Of a DNA stretch of 64,000 bases, positions 59,873 to 64,000 are shown piece after piece. The notes under the pieces were generated by a model, which saw only the letters and a program-made list of their open reading frames with translations, was not told the origin of the DNA and searched no databases. The first letter of the stretch is position 1. Each line of letters starts with the position of its first letter. Location: positions 6,308 to 70,307 of the forward strand of contig WRJI01000003.1 in NCBI GenBank assembly GCA_009778595.1, read 5' to 3'. This stretch comes from Peptococcaceae bacterium. Lineage in GTDB: Bacteria > Bacillota > Desulfitobacteriia > Desulfitobacteriales > Syntrophobotulaceae. The position numbers and the translations under genes are program-made.

Positions 59873-61417
59873 ATGGCTATGAAGAAAATGCCTATACGTT
59901 CTAAGTCTTGGCGAAGGATACTTGTCGTATTCTTGCTGTTGGTACAGATTTTTACCACAGTTGTTTTTTTGTATAGCACGAGTCAAGCCTTTCACAATGT
60001 TTATGTTCTGCTGACGCTGATCAGCATTCTTGTGGCGCTGTTTGTCGGCGGCAGGCAGGACAATCACGCTTATAAGACGCTTTGGATTATGATGATCCTT
60101 ATTTTCCCTATTTTGGGGGGGACTTTCTATCTGTTGCTGAATCATCAGGAGCTTGGGGGAAAGTTTCGGAAGCGGCTGCGTGAGGTGACCTCTTTTGTCA
60201 AACCACATTTTTTGAAGATAGAGAGTCGTCTGTCTTTGGCGCAGGTTGGTCAACCGGATTATGCTGTGCTTATGTCTTATCTGGAGAAGTATGTTGGGTT
60301 TCCGGTTTATGATCGTACTGAGGCGGAGTTCTTCGATTCAGGGGAGGCGTTGTTTGCGCGTGTACTTGAGGAGTTGGATAAGGCGGAAAAGTATGTATTC
60401 GTGGAGTCTTTCATTATGGCGGAAGGCCTGATGTTGGATACTATTTTGGATAAGTTGGAGGCCAAAGCGAAACAGGGTGTGCTGGTGCGCATAATGTATG
60501 ACGATTTCGGATGTGTGAGGACGTTGCCGAAGAGCTATACTCAGACCTTGAGATCCAGGGGCTTCCAATGTGTGGCGTTCAACCCTTTTCGGCCTGTGCT
60601 TTCGACGTTGCAGAACAATCGAGATCACCGCAAAATCATTTCGATTGATGGCAAGACGGCTTTTACGGGGGGCGTCAATCTGGCGGATGAGTATATTAAT
60701 GAGTATGAGCGTTTCGGCCATTGGCGGGATTCCGGTATCATGCTGCGGGGCGAGGCGGCATGGAGTCTGACGCTGGTTTTTTTGCAGTTGTGGGGGTTTA
60801 CCAGTCATAAGGTTGACGGTGATATCAATGACTTTTATCCGTGGCGGGAGACACCTTGTGTTCAAGAGTCTGACGGGTTTATTCAACCATATGCCGATAA
60901 TCCTATGGATAAGGAGAATGTGGGCGAACAGGTTTATATGCGTATTATCAACGGTGCCAGGGAATATCTGTATATCAATACGCCCTATCTCATTATTGAT
61001 GGCGGGATTCTGACGGCCCTGAAGGTGGCGGCGAAGAGTGGCGTGGATGTGCGGATTATGACACCGTTTATTTGGGATAAACGGTTGGTTCATTATACGA
61101 CCCGATCCTATTATCGGGAGCTGATTGAGGCTGGGATTAGGATCTATGAGTATACGCCGGGATTCAATCATTCCAAGACCTTCGTTTCTGATGACCGGGT
61201 GGCTACGGTGGGGACAGTGAATCTGGATTACCGGAGTTTGTACCTGCATTTTGAATGCGGTGTGGTGTTGTATGACAGTCGAGCTGTGGCGGATGTTAAG
61301 GAGGATTTTCTGCGGATATTGCCTGTCTGCCAAGAGATTGCTTTGGAGGATTGCCGGAACAATGTTTTGGTGCGGACGACCCAGGAGTTGCTGAGGATTT
61401 TCGCGCCGCTCATGTGA
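59873..61417 (+). CDS. cls: Cardiolipin synthase
   Basis: Two N-terminal TM helices and two HKD motifs (HRKIISIDG ; NHSKTFVSDD). Start trimmed to ATG 59873. Confidence 0.9.
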   Translation: MAMKKMPIRSKSWRRILVVFLLLVQIFTTVVFLYSTSQAFHNVYVLLTLISILVALFVGGRQDNHAYKTLWIMMILIFPILGGTFYLLLNHQELGGKFRKRLREVTSFVKPHFLKIESRLSLAQVGQPDYAVLMSYLEKYVGFPVYDRTEAEFFDSGEALFARVLEELDKAEKYVFVESFIMAEGLMLDTILDKLEAKAKQGVLVRIMYDDFGCVRTLPKSYTQTLRSRGFQCVAFNPFRPVLSTLQNNRDHRKIISIDGKTAFTGGVNLADEYINEYERFGHWRDSGIMLRGEAAWSLTLVFLQLWGFTSHKVDGDINDFYPWRETPCVQESDGFIQPYADNPMDKENVGEQVYMRIINGAREYLYINTPYLIIDGGILTALKVAAKSGVDVRIMTPFIWDKRLVHYTTRSYYRELIEAGIRIYEYTPGFNHSKTFVSDDRVATVGTVNLDYRSLYLHFECGVVLYDSRAVADVKEDFLRILPVCQEIALEDCRNNVLVRTTQELLRIFAPLM

Positions 61418-61462
61418 GGAACGTACCCGGGCCAGGCATGGAGCCATGCCCGGGCCAGGCGC

Positions 61463-63229
61463 TCATCGACCTCCGGCGCCTCCTCCTCCGGAGAATCCTC
61501 CCCCACCCCCGCCGGAGGATGAGAAACCGCCGCCGCCAGATTGTGCGGCACTGTATCCGGAAGAATATCCTGAGTACATAGAGTTCGAGAACACATGGGT
61601 GATCGCCATAGCGGTAAACAGATCGTTGTTTGAGGAAGCATCTTGGTGTACGAAATAATCGGGATAGAGCTTTTTAAACTGTTCGGCGACACGATCTGCG
61701 ATACCAAACAACTCAGCAAATATGAGGTACTGATCCCACAATTCCACTTCCCGGGCTTCCCTTTCGTTGATGATCGTAAAGTCCTCAAGATATCGCTTGA
61801 ATCCCATGGCTTTGCCAATGAGTTCCTCACCCAGAGGTGTTTCATGTGTGATGGTACGCTTGAATTTTTCAAAGAAATATGGGACTTGTGTCTTCGTATA
61901 AAAACCCATAAGAGACAAACCACTTTCACCGGCTTTCCGATAATTGCCCAACCACAAGTGTATCGTGGCATACTTCTTTCGCGCGTATTTTTCAAACTCT
62001 TTATTGCGCAAGATACCGTCTTTTCCCGCCGCTGCAACGAAAAGATCATACAACTGTCTTTCAAGGGGGGCCATGTTCCCATCGGTGGCGTTCATACGAA
62101 TACAGGGTTCATCTTTTTTGAATACCATCCCTTTTTCCTGGGTCATGAGCTCAATTTGCCGGGACTCAATCCATTTCAGCAGAAAACAACCAAAAATGGC
62201 GCTTTCTTTAACCTTGCCGATTTTGTGCAAACAGGCATATGACATAGACAAATCTCCCTGGAACGGCAACTCACGGCAGTAGTCCGGGTTCTTGCACAAT
62301 TGGGTTAACCGGGATTGCCGCTGTGATTCCATTTTTGAACCCTTGGCGCTCCAACTGACTCCAATTGAGATTAGGACGGCACTGACCGCTGATATCAATC
62401 CTGCAAAAACAACGCCAAAGATGGCCCCGATTTTCGAGAGAGGGTTTGTCGTGTTCTTTGCGTCCTGACCCCACAAGCTGCCTTGATGCGCATCCTCAAT
62501 GTAGTCATCAATGTGTTGAGGGATTCTGATAATGGGGGAAAGCAGACCTGTTTCAAAAACCAAGAGAACAGAGGCATAATCACTGTCACGAAAAGGCCCC
62601 TTCCCCAAGATTTCAACGCCTCCGTCTGCGAAACCGGATAAGGCATTGTAGCCGTAGACCCATACCCGTGTTTCCGGGTATTCCATGGTGAATTCATCTC
62701 CTGTGAGATAAATATTCACCTGGTTCGCGCCGTTATCAACATCGCTCAAGAATTTGAACCCCATGGCATCGCCGTTTTCATAGCTTTTCACAAGGTTGGT
62801 TATGGTATAAGTCACCGTATACTTGTGACTGCCCAGTTCGCCAAAACCCCAGCAGATCTCATAGCCGCCCTTTGCCGGCATCAGCCCGCATTTGTTTGCT
62901 TTTTGACCGCGTGAGGCGTTCAAGTCCCAAGAACTCACAGTTTCAAAGACGACGGTTTCTCCGTCGGCCATAGTTTCAATAACCGTCAAATCACGTATCA
63001 CCATATTGTCCAGGTTATGCCTGGCGACATAAAATTCCGTGTTCGAAGCGTTGGTCATCGTGATATCCCACAGCTCTTCGAGGGTCGCAGATCCGTCGTT
63101 GTGAATCGTCACATGAATGTCAACTTTGTTGATCGTATTGGCATAGACCGGGGATACCGATAGGATCCCACCCAAGAAACACATCTCGCTTAACAGAAAC
63201 ACGAGTACGACTAAAAAAAACTTTCTCAT
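61463..63229 (-). CDS. DUF2207-family membrane protein with a Gly-rich C-terminal tail
   Basis: Signal peptide, a large outside domain and central TM helices. The C-terminus is GGGGFSSSGGGGGGFSGGGGAGGR. It is paired with lemA. Confidence 0.6.
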   Translation of the reverse strand: MRKFFLVVLVFLLSEMCFLGGILSVSPVYANTINKVDIHVTIHNDGSATLEELWDITMTNASNTEFYVARHNLDNMVIRDLTVIETMADGETVVFETVSSWDLNASRGQKANKCGLMPAKGGYEICWGFGELGSHKYTVTYTITNLVKSYENGDAMGFKFLSDVDNGANQVNIYLTGDEFTMEYPETRVWVYGYNALSGFADGGVEILGKGPFRDSDYASVLLVFETGLLSPIIRIPQHIDDYIEDAHQGSLWGQDAKNTTNPLSKIGAIFGVVFAGLISAVSAVLISIGVSWSAKGSKMESQRQSRLTQLCKNPDYCRELPFQGDLSMSYACLHKIGKVKESAIFGCFLLKWIESRQIELMTQEKGMVFKKDEPCIRMNATDGNMAPLERQLYDLFVAAAGKDGILRNKEFEKYARKKYATIHLWLGNYRKAGESGLSLMGFYTKTQVPYFFEKFKRTITHETPLGEELIGKAMGFKRYLEDFTIINEREAREVELWDQYLIFAELFGIADRVAEQFKKLYPDYFVHQDASSNNDLFTAMAITHVFSNSMYSGYSSGYSAAQSGGGGFSSSGGGGGGFSGGGGAGGR

Positions 63230-63804
63230 CGGGCAGACAACCCCTTCATATCAGGCATATCTTTTTTGCCTGGGTCATCCCGCAGATAGTCGCGAAGTGT
63301 GAAGTGAAGCAAGCCCGCAATCAGAGAGCCCGGAAACTCCCGGATCAGGCGGTTGAACTTGGTGACGGTATCGTTATACACCATCCGGCTCATGCGCACA
63401 TTATTCTCAAACTCCCGGACAGAATCCATGGTTTTGATATAGACTGCATTGCTTTTCAGATCCGGATAAGCTTCTGCCAGAGCGTTAATCCGTCCAAAAG
63501 ACTGTATGAGCAGATCGTCTTGGTGTTGGGCGTCACTGGCAGAGGTCTGAGGGCCGACGTTCTTGCGGGCAGCGATTGCGTCTAAGATGACCTGGTATTC
63601 TTGCTTGGAGTATTCTTTCGTCAGATCCGCCAGTGCTGTCAGCGCATCCCAGCGAGTTGCCTGCTGGACACCAATCTGGCTCATGGCGTTGCCGCAAAGC
63701 TCATCGGTTCGTACCAACCGGTTTTGCATACGTATTCCCCAAGAAATCACCAGGACAATTAACAAAACAAATACAATCAATGAAATACCAAGAACCATGC
63801 TCAT
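63226..63804 (-). CDS. lemA: LemA-family protein
   Basis: Trimmed to ATG 63804 (MSMVLGISLIVFVLL...), 10 nt after AAGGAG. YPDLKSN, VYNDTVTKFN and FPGSLIAG are LemA blocks. Confidence 0.8.
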   Translation of the reverse strand: MSMVLGISLIVFVLLIVLVISWGIRMQNRLVRTDELCGNAMSQIGVQQATRWDALTALADLTKEYSKQEYQVILDAIAARKNVGPQTSASDAQHQDDLLIQSFGRINALAEAYPDLKSNAVYIKTMDSVREFENNVRMSRMVYNDTVTKFNRLIREFPGSLIAGLLHFTLRDYLRDDPGKKDMPDMKGLSAR

Positions 63805-63859
63805 TTTGATCAGACTCCTTTTCATACAATTTGTTGTTTTACGGTTATCATAGCATAGG

Positions 63860-63954
63860 GTGGGCTTCGCCCACAACCCAAGGCTTTCAGCCTTGTTAGT
63901 ATCCAGTATTCAGTATTCAGGATTCAGAATGTGGATCTTCTTGTTTTTTATTGA
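63860..63954 (+). repeat. Intergenic repeat element, copy c (full length, opposite orientation to copy a)
   Basis: Hairpins GTGGGC-TTC-GCCCAC and AAGGCT-TTC-AGCCTT, then four heptamers (63900-63927, reverse complement of CTGAATC/CTGAATA/CTGGATA). AATGTGGATCTTCTTGTTTTTTATTGA follows and matches copy a at 26/27 positions. Confidence 0.8.
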
Positions 63955-64000
63955 GGCAGAATGCTCTTCATCTGTCCCTGGTTTTCTACTGTCTTTTTGA

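Noticed and set aside
60338-61447. 369-aa ORF antisense to cardiolipin synthase.
   Set aside because: This is the same codon-aligned antisense artefact. The sense frame has two HKD motifs and the antisense translation is P/R/I/H-rich nonsense.
61228-62082. 284-aa minus-strand ORF overlapping the 3-prime end of cls and the DUF2207 gene, and the Pro-rich plus-strand ORF at 61446-61658.
   Set aside because: These are alternative frames of the Gly-rich tail region and the DUF2207 body. They are low-complexity and are displaced by the much longer, coherent 588-aa frame.

Overview
The window is a chromosomal segment of an endospore-forming Firmicute. It looks Clostridia-like, based on spoIIGA-sigE-sigG-ylmC synteny and a CWB2 wall protein.

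(1) 1 to ~27.8 kb: the right-hand part of an integrated HK97-like siphovirus prophage.
- It reads tail fibres, baseplate, tape measure, frameshifted chaperones, tail, connectors, capsid, ClpP-type protease, portal, terminase, HNH, then replication and recombination genes, then cro | cI, int.
- It carries a hicAB moron.
- It ends at a 3-prime fragment of tRNA-Leu(CAG). The left att site and the lysis genes lie outside the window.

(2) 28-31.4 kb: a SAM methyltransferase, a secreted cohesin/dockerin-like metallophosphoesterase, and a cohesin-like anchored partner.

(3) 31.5-42 kb: a 13-gene C-P lyase phosphonate operon, phnD-C-E-E-G-H-I-J-K-M-L plus a PHP hydrolase and a GNAT. There is no phnN, phnP or phnF.

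(4) 42.2-45.1 kb: a TM2-domain protein and a copA P-type ATPase.

(5) 45.2-49.1 kb: a five-gene operon.
- It encodes two mini TasA-like paralogues and a third exported protein.
- It also encodes a SipW-type signal peptidase fused to an extra ~8-TM module, and a bitopic partner.
- This is my best candidate for an incompletely described system.

(6) 49.2-57.1 kb: yggT, sepF, yggS, an HlyD-like protein, pgeF, ylmC, satP, sigG, sigE and spoIIGA.

(7) 57.4-64 kb: a CWB2 wall protein, cardiolipin synthase, and a DUF2207-LemA pair.

An intergenic repeat family built on CTGAATA/CTGAATC heptamers plus GC hairpins occurs three times.

CDS limits follow the supplied ORF track. That track takes the longest ATG/GTG/TTG start; I trimmed starts where an RBS or a neighbouring gene argues for it. 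Short motifs are hand-indexed (+/-2 nt). All family assignments come from motif recognition, not from searches.
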